64,000 nucleotides of DNA from Amphiscolops sp. MND2022 (GCA_964187785.1 OZ076409.1:15006001-15070000); one strand, 5' to 3'; shown: positions 12,588 through 25,698, counted from the first letter of the stretch. Translations and numbers: made by a program. The notes: a model not told the origin generated them from the letters alone.

Positions 12588-13810
12588 TGTTATGCAATAC
12601 GCATGATTGCTATCAATCTAAACTGTTACCCACACAGCGCTACCAGGCAGAAAGTATGATTGAAAACAACGGAACAAACGAAATTCACAGTCACAATATC
12701 ACAAGGCCAAAACGGAAAAACGAAGGAAACCGGATCATAAAATAATGCAATTGATTACACAGCATTGAGAAATAAACTCAAACATTCTAAATGAATAAGT
12801 TATGACGTGACTGTAATACATGCATCCTTTAAACATTCACACAAAATATTCCTTTTCCATCAAATCCATTTCCGTTGAATGATGTAGTTTTGTCGAATAT
12901 TTACCTTTAAACATTTTCGCAGAATAATCATCTCTTTTTTCCATCAAGTACATTCGCGGCGTTTGATGTAGTTGTGTTGAATACGTCAAACTAAGTGCCA
13001 AAAGTGTTTGTAATACTATAGTACGCAAAATTGCTTAGTCCATAATTTGTCATTTACCCAATGTTAGTGACGCATCATCATCATCTAGTCATATGTATAA
13101 GCCTCAACGTTTGAGATGTAACATCATCATACTCTAGTACAAGTGCAATTATTTCACATACGGTTTTCATACGTTTTATTCAATGATTCATGTAACCATA
13201 GTAACGTTCCATCACTGAACTCATACCAAAAGACGCATTTGCGCTGCCAAACACAAGGTGCTAATTAACACCAAGAAAATAACGCAACGGGATTGGCTAA
13301 TGAGGTCACGTGGCCAACATCACCAAACTCAACAGCAGGTGCCACCGCGCAGCCATTAACTTTTGCTTTACTCTAACGTGCAGTTACCAACTACATTGTT
13401 TTTTTAAACCAACCTTCATTTCAATATCAATCTAAAAACCATCCTCCAACAACTCAATTAAACTTTCAAAAACTCCAATTTTTCCTTTGTGTTTAACACG
13501 AGATCTCAATTAGCGAGAAATATTTCAGTAGATATGAGCGGAATGGATAGACATAGTGACACTGAGAGTGAAAGCATTTTGCCCGAGATCCTTGCGAGAG
13601 ATCAAACAAATGAGTTCGACAATGGCGACTTGTTAAATTACCAGAACGACACTGAACGACACATACTAAACCTTCGTTTCTCTGGAATGAACAAGCAGAT
13701 CAACCAACTAACAAACCTAGTATCGGCCTTAACAGAGAAGATATTCTCTAGCAATAGAGAAAGGAACGATTTAAACAGTGTCTCATATGGACACGAGACA
13801 CGTTCCGACG
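12588..13810 (+). repeat. Complete ~1.22-kb LTR, shared with the downstream tandem unit
   Basis: Begins TGTTATGC after the PPT; 3' part matches 1-570; followed by a second PBS. Confidence 0.9.
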
Positions 13811-15460
13811 TGGTGACAGGAGCTTCAACAAGCAATGCCCAGACGAAACCACTGCGTCCATCAACATCACACTACACTCAGCCGCCCGCACACCAAATTG
13901 ACGACATAGTAACCAAATCCATCACCTGAGAGATACCGTGACGGATTCCGTACATCATCCGAGAATTCTCCATACCTCCATAGACTTCGAGAAGAAAAGC
14001 TAAACATCTTTGAACCCAAACTCGCAAACCGCAGCCCAGTCCAACCTAACAAACGAACCAAAACCCAAAAACAACTCCAAATTGGTATGCCAAATTTGTC
14101 GAAAGGTGGGACATTCAGCCCGAGATTGTTACTACTGGAATACGGGTACGTCAGCACACCGAAGCATCCTGTACCCTAAACAGTCAACGAAGGAAAATAA
14201 ACAGATTCGAAGGGATTTCATACACACCAACAATAGTGTCTACAATACAAACCAAACGAACTGTCCCACGCAGCACATGACGAAGCTGACAGTAATGAAA
14301 AAACCGAAAAACACGATGACGTAGAAGATCCAAAAAATTTTTGCTTAAACCACGTCATCCTCCTCAATTAAACGAAAGTGCGCGCTAAAATCAACAACTA
14401 ACCACTTCAAAACAAACTCGACTGAAGTCTTCAAACCACACGGGGTGGCAGTCCGTCCCGTGCCTCAACTTACACAAAGGAAACAACAAACTTTGTCATT
14501 ACAAGACATTCGACTGACAACTACACCTTCCGACCGAAAGAATACAACTGACGACCCGAAGTCAACAATTTGGACTTGTTACCTCAGAACAATGACTCGG
14601 GTAACGAAACTAACGAAGCTAAACAACCCTCATTCCAAAAACCAAACCCACAAGACAGGATGTTATACGTACCACTCCATTTCCGAGAATACGAAAATTT
14701 TGGTCTTCGACACTGGTGCAATTCAAAGTGCATTATCAGAAGCAGAACTTCGTCGCATCTTAACAGCTTATCCAGCCGTCTCCTCCAAGGACTCCCTGCC
14801 CCGGAGTTCAAAGTCCAAATCGCCAACGGCAACATCATGCCAGTGAGAAAACAAGTGTTGCTACGTTTCTTCCTTGGCGGAAAAATCTTCGAGGAAACAT
14901 TCATGGTTCTCCCGACAATGGGGAACATACTCATTGGAATGGATTGGCTGATGAGGTCAGGTGACAAACACCACCAAACTCAACAGCAGGTGCCTCTGCG
15001 CAGCCAATAAGTTTTGCTTTACTATAACGTGTAGTTACCAATTAGATCATTTTTCTATATCAACCTTCATTTCAATACCAATCTAAAAACTATCCTTCAA
15101 CAACTCAATTAAACTTGAACAAACTCCAATTTTTCATTATGATTAACACGAAATCTCAATTAGCGAGAAATAATTCAGTAGATATGTGCGGAATGGAGAG
15201 ACATAGTGACGCTGAGAGTGAAAGCAGTTTGCCCGAGATCCTTGCGAGGAATCAAATAAATCTGTTCAATAATGGCGACTTGTTAAATTACTGGAACGAC
15301 ACTGAACGACATATAGTAAACCAGCGTTTCTCTGAAAGGAACAAGCAGATCAACGAACTGACAAACCTAGTATTGGCCTCAACAGAGAAGATATCCTCTA
15401 GCGTTAGAGAAGGAAACGATTTAAAAACTGTCTTTTATAGACACGAGACACGTTCCGACA
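13811..15460 (+). mobile_element. Second, heavily deleted tandem unit of element A (PBS, gag/protease remnants, 5'-truncated LTR 14941-15460)
   Basis: Matches 571-~730 and ~1229-2247 with deletions, then jumps into LTR sequence ending CCGACA. Confidence 0.88.
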
Positions 15461-15479
15461 GTACGTAGGTTCGACTCGA

Positions 15480-15937
15480 GATTTTTTAACATCCATTGAA
15501 GGGGGCCTTTGTAGATTTTAACCAATTTTCGGAAAAAAGCGTTCGATAATTTTGAACTGTCTCACGGTGCCAAAAAAATCTGAAAAAGGAGACCTTTTGG
15601 GATTTTTAACATCCATTCTGTGGCAGAATATTTTGAAAAATGAAAGCGGGCACCCTTTGGGAATATTTAATTTTGTTTCAGAAAAAACTCTCGCAAAACC
15701 GAAAAAAGGGGGAGTCTCATAGTGCTGAAAAAAGGGGAAAAGGGTGACCCATCTGCTTTGGAATTAATTTATATTTCATTTTGGAGGCTTTGGATGCAGT
15801 CAAAATCAAGTACCAAATACTTTTGTTAAAAGTGCACATAGTGCACAAAACGTGGACCATTCAGAGTGAGACTGATAAAAAAACTAGTCACTGTAATGAT
15901 CGGGCTTCTTTCCTTAAAGGAAATGCGCCGACTAAAA
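15480..15937 (+). repeat. Dispersed non-coding repeat (related copies ~34160-34660 and ~35200-35372)
   Basis: Shared CCTTTGGGATT...CATCCATTCTGT-like blocks and 3' end GCGCC(G/T)ACTAAA. Confidence 0.55.
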
Positions 15938-16480
15938 AACACTTGAAAGGGGTCATTTAATTACTTGAATATTTATTTGAAATATGATAAAAACAGATAG
16001 ATATAACGAACTAGTTGTTTTTTAACTAACGCCAGAATTACGTTTGAAACCAAAATCCAATGCCTAATTGAAAAGTCCAAGGCTTGAGATTCCGGATAGC
16101 TACATAATGCTGTAATTATTACTAATATATAGTCCACCCTCTACTTTCATTTCCATAACGCACTAAGAACAAACCGAAAATTTTTGAGATGTTTCTTTGA
16201 GAGCTTTGAAAACCTTTTGAAGATCTTTGGTTAACATCCACCCAGAAAAACAACCTTTGAAAAGACAAGATGAAACAAGGTGGTAGTCAAACGAAGTTAC
16301 CAACTTATTCAAGAAGAAAACACGTTTCACACCGGAATGCACTAATGAAACCATTAAGCATATGGTAATTGAATTGAACACTCAATTAGAAGACCAAACA
16401 TTTACCACGCACTTTTAACTTGAGTTCCTTTAAGCTGGACTCAACTGGAAGCTTTTGCATTAATTGCTCTGTCAACAAGG

Positions 16481-16487
16481 TATAAAA
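16481..16487 (+). promoter_or_regulatory. TATA box of putative host gene
   Basis: TATAAAA about 30 nt upstream of an Inr-like TCAGT and 74 nt upstream of the ATG. Confidence 0.5.
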
Positions 16488-16554
16488 GGTACCCGCTCAG
16501 TTTTGAACAACTTCAGTAGCACTTTTCACTTTTTCACCTTCAAATTCATACAAA

Positions 16555-16767
16555 ATGAATGAAACACTGGACAAGCTACGAGAGCAATCGAAAGCAGTGA
16601 AAAGTGAGTTTAAAACTATGGCGAAAGAGGACCCAGGAAAATTGGTGAAGATTCTTTTTGTATTATTCAATTTTGTGCTGATTGTGGGCACAACGATTGT
16701 CATCTACCAGTTCTGGCAACACGACCAGTTCAAGGAGAATGCCGGATCTGCCAGTCTTTCTCTCCGG
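16555..16767 (+). CDS. Probable first coding exon of a host membrane protein (cytosolic N-terminus plus one TM helix)
   Basis: AAAATG start; hydrophobic ILFVLFNFVLIVGTTIVIY; donor G|GTAAGT at 16768; downstream exons not found. Confidence 0.6.
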
Positions 16768-16888
16768 GTAAGTAATCATCTACGTAACATTTGAATCAAA
16801 TTTTCATACTTAACTGAAGAAAGTTCAATACATTTTGATGAAAAAAACCAAACCTAAACAAAAACAAAACCACAGTCATTATTCTGAC

Positions 16889-17317
16889 CAAAGTTGCGAT
16901 TTAAACACGTTTTTTCGTTTTATACAGTTTTTTGTTTTTTTTTCTCGGAAAGGACGTTTTTCGTTCTTTTCTTTGTTTTTTTTTCGGAGAAATGCCAAAT
17001 AACTGCAGACTCGTCAAAAAAACTCGTCAAAAACAGTCAATGTTTTTCAGTGAATATAAACACTTTGCATCAACTTCATTAAAATTTCGCCAAATCTCGT
17101 CGTTCTGTAGGGGGCATTTCAATTGAACTCTGAAAGAAAGAAAAATACTTGTCACACAGTAATCCTTAAAGTTATTACTATTAACATGAGACATAAGGTT
17201 GATAACAAAACTGTAGTGGAAAAAAAATAAAAAAAACATTGTTTTTTCTTCAGTGCTGTTTAAAACATGATTTTTATCCATTGTTTAAAACAGCTGTTTA
17301 AAACAATGTCAACCTTG
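16889..17317. mobile_element. hAT-type MITE in the putative intron
   Basis: Imperfect TIRs CAAAGTTG / CAACCTTG; 8-bp TSD ATTCTGAC / ATTCTAAC. Confidence 0.6.
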
Positions 17318-18147
17318 ATTCTAACCTAGAATTCCATACATATCCATACATTGAACAACATGATTGATACAGCTTGATATTCCATTGATATCTATGCATT
17401 CCTCGTGGGTCTTTACATTAAAGATTGGTTCCTTTTATGGAAATGGCATGAAATCGTCTTATGGAACCATATATATAATTGCGGGTGTGCAATATCGCGT
17501 GGATTTCCATGCTGTGTTGGATCATTGAAGTTTTGACATTTGATTTTTCAAGTTTTTGTATCAAATAGTTTCGTCAATTGTATGCGGATTTTTGATGTAT
17601 TACGTATAGATTTATATGCATTGATAGATGTATATATTCCAATTCATTTTAGCCAGTCATCAGAACTCAGACAAAACGTTCACCGAGATTTCGTGGAACA
17701 ACCCCCCTCTGAAATTCACCCCTAAAATTCACAAATTGATTTAAAAAATCGGAGAAATGAAAGCATGTTTCGTTCGTTTTCTCAACTTTTCTGAGCTTCG
17801 ACTTGGTGGAGCAAAGATAAGTGTAAACTACATTCCAAATAGGAACAAATATGAATAATTATGCACATATGTTCATAAATATTAATATTGAAACACGCTT
17901 GTTTCTTAGAACAGAATGTATTTCACAGAATTCATGGAAATGTTTTTTTTTCAGACCCGGAGGTTCACGATTGACAGTGACATGTTCATTGGGGGCAAGA
18001 GAGCCCAAGGACTCAGGATCCGCGTGGGGGAGGGGGCCCCGTCTGCGTCTCCCGTCAACTGCTGGCAGGTGCGAAGGGGCAAAGAACACATCTGTCTCTC
18101 CTGGCCCAACTTCGCCAGATTACTCAGTTGGTTCATCATTTTTTTTT

Positions 18148-18381
18148 AATTTTCCGCCCTTAAAAAATTCATTGTGCAGGGGGAGGAAAATCACAATCTG
18201 TGTAGCGGTTTTTTCCAAATTCTGCCAAATCTCCACTTTATTATTATTCCATTTAGTATATGAATCACCGTGGCCCAGTTGGTAGTGCGTCCGCCTGGCA
18301 GCCAAGTGGTCGTGGGTTCGAACCCGGGCAGGAGCTTGAAACTTTTATGGCCGGAAAATTTCCCGGTGCTTAGCGGGCGTC
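18148..18381 (+). mobile_element. Helentron-associated (HINE/DINE-1-like) element containing a tRNA-like segment
   Basis: Sub-TIR AATTTTCCG / CGGAAAATT; 3' end CCCGGTGCTTAGCGGGCGTC; T-run flanks; same ends inverted at 30309-30828. Confidence 0.6.
18265..18335 (+). pseudogene. tRNA-derived (SINE-head-like) sequence
   Basis: A box TGGCCCAGTTGG and B box GGTTCGAACCC; acceptor and anticodon stems pair poorly. Confidence 0.6.
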
Positions 18382-18646
18382 TTTTTTCTCATTATTACTT
18401 CTTAAGGTGATTGAAGACTTCCTTCTTCAATCAACCAAGGAAGTAATAGAGTGCAACAACGAAAAGATTGATATCTTTCAAAGAATTCACTTGCTCTAAA
18501 AGTTTTCGATAATGAGAAAATCAAAAACTAAGAAATGATTTCAGTGAACGGTTCTAATACACACATAGTATACTTTTGAAAAGCATACACAGATACTTTT
18601 GAAAACTAACTTTTGGGTTACTAACTGATTGTGTTTCCTAAAAATA

Positions 18647-18846
18647 NNNNNNNNNNNNNNNNNNNNNNNNNNNNNNNNNNNNNNNNNNNNNNNNNNNNNN
18701 NNNNNNNNNNNNNNNNNNNNNNNNNNNNNNNNNNNNNNNNNNNNNNNNNNNNNNNNNNNNNNNNNNNNNNNNNNNNNNNNNNNNNNNNNNNNNNNNNNNN
18801 NNNNNNNNNNNNNNNNNNNNNNNNNNNNNNNNNNNNNNNNNNNNNN
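18647..18846. other. Assembly gap
   Basis: 200 N. Confidence 1.
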
Positions 18847-18894
18847 GAGGGGTGACTCTTTATAGGTTTTACCGTGACTCATCGAATAGCTATT

Positions 18895-21800
18895 TGTGAT
18901 AATCCTCTTTTGAAGCTATTATTCCGTCTTCTAAGTTCAGTTCGTTTTGGTACAATGATTTGGCTGGATGTTTCAAGTCTTTCATTTTTGAAGCTCTGAG
19001 AGGATTATCGTCGTTTTCTGATTCTGGATTTTTGTTTTTAGATGCGCGAACTCCTATAGACCTCTCATTTTTGGATCCTGAAGGTCTTTTCCAATATCAC
19101 TTGTCTCCTGTTTCTTCTTTTCCCATCTTTGCTCAACAGAAAATATGTTCTGGCTTTTTGGGGAAGAATTTGAATTGTCTTGAAGTATTCCAAATACCAA
19201 AAGATGTTCCGAAGAAACAGTGCAAATGTTGAAAGGAACTGCTTTTACAGTTTAGTTAGAGTGATGATTATAGCAATTGATCACGATGAGGGTCAAAATT
19301 GGAATGAATATCTATGCTAAAGTTATTTTACTTCAGAAAATTGGGAGCATGACACTTCTTGTTAGAGGAATCACGCTAGCCTGGGAAGCAAAAAGAGAAT
19401 AGCATCATCATTACGTCAGGGTATTTATATCGCATTCAAAACTGATGAATAGGTCCAATAAAACCCTGGAAAATTTCATTAGAGACTGTCAAGCGCGTAC
19501 TCGGAAATATAATTGAAATGTATAACGTCACAGCACATTTTGAATGGTTATCATGCTAAAAACGCATACTGACGCATACTCGTCTTTACTCGATCCGTAT
19601 ACTGCCGCATACTCTTCATCTGTAATCCGCATACTGCCGCATACTCTTCATCTGTAATCGGCAAACTGCCGCATACTCGTCTTTACTCAATCCGCATACT
19701 GCCGCATACTCTTCATCTGTAATCCACATACTGCCGCATACTTTTCATCTGTAATCCGCATACTGCCGCATACTCGTCTTTACTCGATCCGCATACTGCC
19801 GTATACTCGTCACACCTCGATCCGCATAGTAACGTATAGTCGTCACATCTCGATCCGCACAGTGACGTATTATTTGTTCAAGTTCCACATATCAGCATAA
19901 ATTTAGCTCTCACAAACTGTGAACAAGACTTATGAGTCAGATCAGTACCTGGTGATGAATGAAATTTACGCTTCTAAAACTTCAAATGTATAACAATGTA
20001 AAACAGAACTCAGTTTGAAATAAGAACAACAAATATGAAATTACATGACTAAGTTATGATGTTAGGGGGATTAGTTTATAGTCCTTGTTGAACAAGTAAA
20101 GTTGATAATCTGCTAAAAACCGGGTTTGGCAGTTTCTAGTTTCCTTACAAATTGCCCCATGGCTCCAACACAACAATGGGGTTGTGACAGTCCCGTACTT
20201 TCAAAGGAAAATAGAGCTGCAACAAACCCGTCGACTGAGGATCTGAACCTTCCATTCATGTCCCAGACTGTCTCCCCGTCGTAGGTAGTTGAGATGGGAC
20301 GTTTGCCACAGTGCTTCCATTCTTTTACAAGGGTCCCGCACTTGAAAAGTACGTTATTAGTTCGATTCCTTTTGATTCTTTATTGCAGTATAGTATTGAA
20401 GTAAATTATTTTTATTATGTGGAAACTTTTCAATTCTGAGGAAATCCAGCTGAGCTTGAAAGTCAAGAAGAAATTTATCGTCGTGGGGTTACAAATCACC
20501 GACGAAGACATCACTTGCGGAGTTCGGATGGGTTTCGTTTGGGTCATTTCCAATTTTGACAATTTTCTGTCATAAATTTTCCATTTGTCCGGTTTTTTGA
20601 AGTGTTTGGTTTTTTGACTAGTCATTGATTTTAATGCTAAGCTGGCCAGGCTAGCATTGGAGATGTCCTCATTTGATACAGACGACATCCTGGTTTCGTT
20701 TGGAGTATTTTCATACTCCCGAATTTAATTTGAAGCATTTTTCAACGCTTCGGGATTCTTGTGGAAGCACTTTCCAATACTTGCGGTATGAAGTAATTTC
20801 AGGCTTCCGAAGTTCATTTGACATTTCTGTTTTTGCACAAGAAATGAACTAAGTTTGTTTCAGTTGAACTCGGTTGAGGTATCGTCAGGACGTTCTCCCA
20901 CTAGAGTTTTTGCTCTTTTTACAAACTGTATTAAAAAGTCCACATTTTATTGAGTCCGACATATTGTTTCATCTAATCCGTCAAAACGAGGCGAGGAAAG
21001 TCAGAGAAGTTGAATTTGTGTCAGAGTTGTTTTTCAAGTTGTAGAAGTTTGAGAAAGTTGGGTTGGAATTGGGCGTAAATCCTATTTGTGACGTGTTTTT
21101 TATGGGTTCTTGTTGGGATGGTTAAATTTGTGGTTTTCTGTGTTTTTTTGTTTGTTTATTTGTTGTTTTTTGGGTTTCTTTTTGGGTTTCTGAAGTAACT
21201 AAGTCATTATCATGAGTTTGTTGGGTAATTTAATCGACATATTTTGTGTTCGGTTCAGTGGGTTGATCCACTGGGCTCCCCACTACTGTTTTTTGAAATG
21301 ATGAGGGTGGGAGGGTGGTTGTTTTTGCGTGAAACAGTAGTGGATACGAGTTCTTTTTTTCCAGTTTTTCCATTGCTATAGCAATTTGATTGACTGGATC
21401 GAGTGGTCTTGTTGTCGAATTTGACAAATTTTGGTTTACGTGGGATCCTATTGTGTCGTTTGGGTTTTGGGAACTTTGTCTATGGAGTTGTCGGTTGGCT
21501 CCTGTCACCATGTGATAATCCTCTTTTGAAGCTATTATTCCGTCTTCTAAGTTCAGTTCGTTTTGGTACAATGATTTGGCTGGATGTTTCAAGTCTTTCA
21601 TTTTTGAAGCTCTGAGAGGATTATCGTCGTTTTCTGATTCTGGATTTTTGTTTTTAGATGCGCGAACTCCTATAGACCTCTCATTTTTGGATCCTGAAGG
21701 TCTTTTCCAATATCACTTGTCTCCTGTTTCTTCTTTTCCCATCTTTGCTCAACAGAAAATATGTTCTGGCTTTTTGGGGAAGAATTTGAATTGTCTTGAA

Positions 21801-22805
21801 GTATTCCAAATACCAAAAGATATTCCGAAGAAACAGTGCAAATGTTGAAAGGAACTGCTTTTACAGTTTAGTTAGAGTGATGATTATAGCAATTGATCAC
21901 GATGAGGGTCAAAATTGGAATGAATATCTATGCTAAAGTTATTTTACTTCAGAAAATTGGGAGCATGACACTTCTTTTTAGAGGAATCACGCTAGCCTGG
22001 GAAGCAAAATTAGAATAGCATCATCATTACGTCAGGGTATTTATATCGCATTCGAAACTGATGAATAGGTCCAATAAAACCCTGGAAAATTTCATTAGAG
22101 ACTGTCAAGCGCGTACTCGGAAAGATAATTGAAATGTATAACGTCACAGCACATTTTGAATGGTTATCATGCTAAAAACGCATACTGACGCATACTCGTC
22201 TTTACTCGATCCGTATACTGCCGCATACTCTTCATCTGTAATCCGCATACTGCCGCATACTCTTCATCTGTAATCGGCAAACTGCCGCATACTCGTCTTT
22301 ACTCAATCCGCATACTGCCGCATACTCTTCATCTGTAATCCACATACTGCCGCATACTTTTCATCTGTAATCCGCATACTGCCGCATACTCGTCTTTACT
22401 CGATCCGCATACTGCCGTATAGTCGTCACACCTCGATCCGCATAGTAACGTATAGTCGTCACATCTCGATCCGCACAGTGACGTATTATTTGTTCAAGTT
22501 CCACATATCAGCATAAATTTAGCTCTCACAAACTGTGAACAAGAATTATGAGTCAGATCAGTACCTGGTGATGAATGAAATTTACGCTTCTAAAACTTCA
22601 AATGTATAACAATGTAAAACAGAACTCAGTTTGAAATAAGAACAACAAATATGAAATTACATGACTAAGTTATGATGTTAGGGGGATTAGTTTATAGTCC
22701 TTGTTGAACAAGTAAAGTTGATAATCTGCTAAAAACCGGGTTTGGCAGTTTCTAGTTTCCTTACAAATTGCCCCATGGCTCCAACACAACAGTGGGGTTG
22801 TGACA
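18895..22805 (-). mobile_element. Non-autonomous, internally deleted LTR element B: two 1295-bp LTRs (18895-20189, 21511-22805) and a 1.3-kb interior
   Basis: TG...CA ends; 5-bp TSD CTATT (18890-18894, 22806-22810); PBS at 21498-21510; PPT-like GAAAGTACGGGAC next to 20189; about ten LTR differences by eye. Confidence 0.93.
19562..19870. repeat. ~32-bp minisatellite in LTR B (also 22178-22490)
   Basis: Units such as CCGCATACTGCCGCATACTCTTCATCTGTAAT alternating with a ...CGTCTTTACTCGAT variant. Confidence 0.9.
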
Positions 22806-23310
22806 CTATTGTTAACAAAAAATTCACTGTATCAAGGGCACAGCTCACGAACACTTTGAAAAATCTCGCTAATTTAGTTTAAAGTTCGATAATTGAAGTT
22901 CACATTTTTTTTGAAATCGTGGCTTTGATTTCAAAATCATTCTCGAAAAACCATTTTCAGTTTTTAAAACCGCTTAAATTCCCACTGGCTCTGTTTATTT
23001 ACTCAGACTGAAAACAAGCAATATATCGTCATAGTAACGTACGTAACGTCATAGTAGGTCATGTGACAAAAAAATAAACATCAATTCGGCAGAAAAATTT
23101 GAACCGCCACATGATTTTGCCAACTTTGCAAAACCTGCCAACTTTTCCAAATACGATTAAAAACAGTTGAGTTGTCGGGACCACCAGTGTGAGGCAAGTA
23201 AGTTTGCGAATAATAAGTTTTCGATGTAATAACTTGGTAATCCAGTTCCAAAGCCTAAAATGCACGAGTTTAAAAACCGGAAATATACAATTTCTGAAGA
23301 GGGGCAAAAT

Positions 23311-24112
23311 CAGGGTTGGTCGATTTGATGTTTTTTTATCGTAAAAAACAAACAAAAGTTTTTATGCAAAAAACATGTTTTTTATGTTTTTTACTGATTA
23401 TTTTTCCTAGGGAAAACACATTTATTTCAAAAACTTCAATTTTTGTCGAAGAAAGTTACACTTTTTTATTACATTTTTGACAGATAAAGCAACGGTGTCC
23501 GGACATTACGCCCAAAGACATTACGCCCAAGGACATTACGCCCAAAGCGGACATTACGCCCAAATGTAAATTACGCACAAGGAAATTACGATAATGTAAT
23601 CAGCTATGCTCACATACCCCTAGTGCCCTAAATGCAGGAGCGAAGCGAAGCGGAGCGACGTGCCAATATGGCCATGCCTCAATGTTGCTACTTGGCGAAG
23701 GGAGCGAAGCGACCGAGCCATACAACAAACATGCTAACCTCTTCAAATAATAACCTGAAAAAAATCGCTGCTATTCTCTTTGAATAGCCTGATTTGCTTG
23801 GGCGTAATTTCCGTTTGGGCGTAATTTCCTAGGGCGTAATGTCCTTGGGCGTAATGTCTTTGGGCGTGATGTCCTAGAACCAAAGCAACAATTGTAGCAA
23901 AATGCAAGTTGTCACGCTTTTTCATGGCCGAGTTTATTTCTCAGCTTGCCGTATGTCACTCTGAAAAATTATTGAGCTGCAAAAGCCTGCAAATTTCACT
24001 TATCAAAGTTTGAACCGGATGCATAATTGCACAAAGATTTTTATTATTGAGCAAACAAAAAGAGCAATTGTTTTTTATGACTGTTTTAAAACGTTTTTCA
24101 TTGCCAAACCTG
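23311..24112. mobile_element. Non-autonomous hAT-type element
   Basis: TIR CAGGGTTGG / CCAAACCTG; 8-bp TSD GGCAAAAT / GGTAAAAT; empty site in unit 2 near 29390. Confidence 0.8.
23494..23881. mobile_element. Foldback-like MITE with tandem-repeat TIRs, nested in the hAT element
   Basis: (GGACATTACGCCCAA)n on the left and its reverse complement on the right; perfect 8-bp TSD AAAGCAAC. Confidence 0.85.
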
Positions 24113-25698
24113 GGTAAAATATCCGATTTTGAAATAGGGACAAAATTGCCAAATGGCAACAATAAAAATAGCCGCCGATTTGCAGAATCGAAATACAGTG
24201 TGATATTTCTAAAAGCAACAAAAGGCAAATCTCAAAATCGAATATATCAAAAACAGCAGCGATTTTGGAAAAATGATAAAATTAAAAGTTTCTTAGATTT
24301 TTAAATTTTTTTACAAATGTTTATTTGAAGGTTATGCGATGAAAATTGTAGAAGTTACGATAGGCTATTTTTAACCAAATTTAACTGAAGCCCTTGATAT
24401 GTTTTGATTTAGAAATCATTCTAAAGTGGTAGAAAAAATACGCTGTAAAATTAGACTTTTTTTAAAAATACATGTTTCAAGATATGACTTTGAACTTTAT
24501 CAACTTAAAACAAGCTCATACTAATACAATTTAGAATATTTTACAGAAAAAATTATATTGTCAGATTCGAAATGTTTGGGAGAAGTTTTGTCAAAATTAT
24601 TTTGAAAGCAAAAGATTGTAAGCAGATCAAAAATTCAAAAAACTGAAAAAGGATGTTTTGGAAATTACTCTCGACCAATGAAATGAGCGCGTGAGACCTT
24701 ATCAGCCAATGATAGTTGTTTATTTGCTTTCTTTCCGCGTGCTATGTTGCTTCTTCTAGAATCACTACTGTACAATCATGTACATGAATGATGCAACTTT
24801 CCTTTGAAACGACCACAAATACTAGTATAACGAATCGTAAAAAAAACAACAAAATCGTAACAAAATCGTAAACAAATACCATTCCGCGTCTTGGTGTAAT
24901 TAGTGTCTTGGGTCAATGCTTTCGCTTTTATTTGTATCGCCAACAGCAGAAGCGGCATTATAATTACGTACGTGAAGTCAATTTTCACTGTTAAACTACA
25001 TGTGTGAGAAGTATTTTTGCATTGTTTCCGAACAAATCACAGTGAACTGTTGAACAATTAAACAACCAACTCAGCTTGTTAACCTATCACGCAATAATTT
25101 GAGGTCAAGCTGAATAAATCGTTAGCTGTACTAAACGACTGCATGTTGAATTTCATCGAATCAAGCTTCATTCAGATGCAACTGGCATCTCACCCAGGGG
25201 TGGTGAAAAATTGATTGTACTTCCTATTAACTGCAATTAATTGCATACAATTATTTGATTGGGAATTTGAAACCAATCAGTGAATTGATTTTTGGGGCAA
25301 GCAAATAATTGTTTCAGACAAAAACATGTAGAAGGTATCAATCGAACCGCCTTTATTACAAGTGACCTTAACCTACACGTCAAGTGAACGTGACCAAACT
25401 GGTGGTCTCTAGCTCAATTTTATCGCCCAATCAACACACACGTGTGCGTCGAGCAGAATGTACGAATCACCGACTGCAAACATACAAATCGTGGCTAGGC
25501 GACCGGAATTTTTGCGCGCTTTAGGGTATTGATAATTTCGCAATGAGGGCTTCCCATGCTGAGTTACCTTGAGAACCTGTACAGATCTGTGAGCGAATTT
25601 TGCTTGAAGATCTGTAAAGATCGTGCCACTGCTACGTAAGGACAACTGCAAGGATCTTTACAGATTTTCAAAGATTTTCAGGAAATTTTTTTCCGGAC

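Larger units (their letters stand above)
1..13810 (+). mobile_element. Ty3/Gypsy LTR retrotransposon A (decayed; 5' LTR cut by window edge) with ~6.2 kb extra region between pol and 3' LTR
   Basis: 1-570 repeats at 13240-13810; PBS TGGTGACAGGAGC at 571; gag, PR, RT, RH, IN in Gypsy order; PPT AAGAGGGGGAG followed by TGTTA at 12588. Confidence 0.93.

Noticed and set aside
18265..18335. Functional tRNA gene
   Set aside because: A and B boxes are present but the cloverleaf stems pair poorly and it lies inside a repeat
18960..19232. Twin 90-aa + strand ORFs (also 21576-21848) as duplicated host genes
   Set aside because: Antisense frames within the two LTRs of element B
19562..23881. CRISPR-like appearance of short repeat arrays
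   Set aside because: Head-to-tail repeats without unique spacers, no cas genes, eukaryotic TE context
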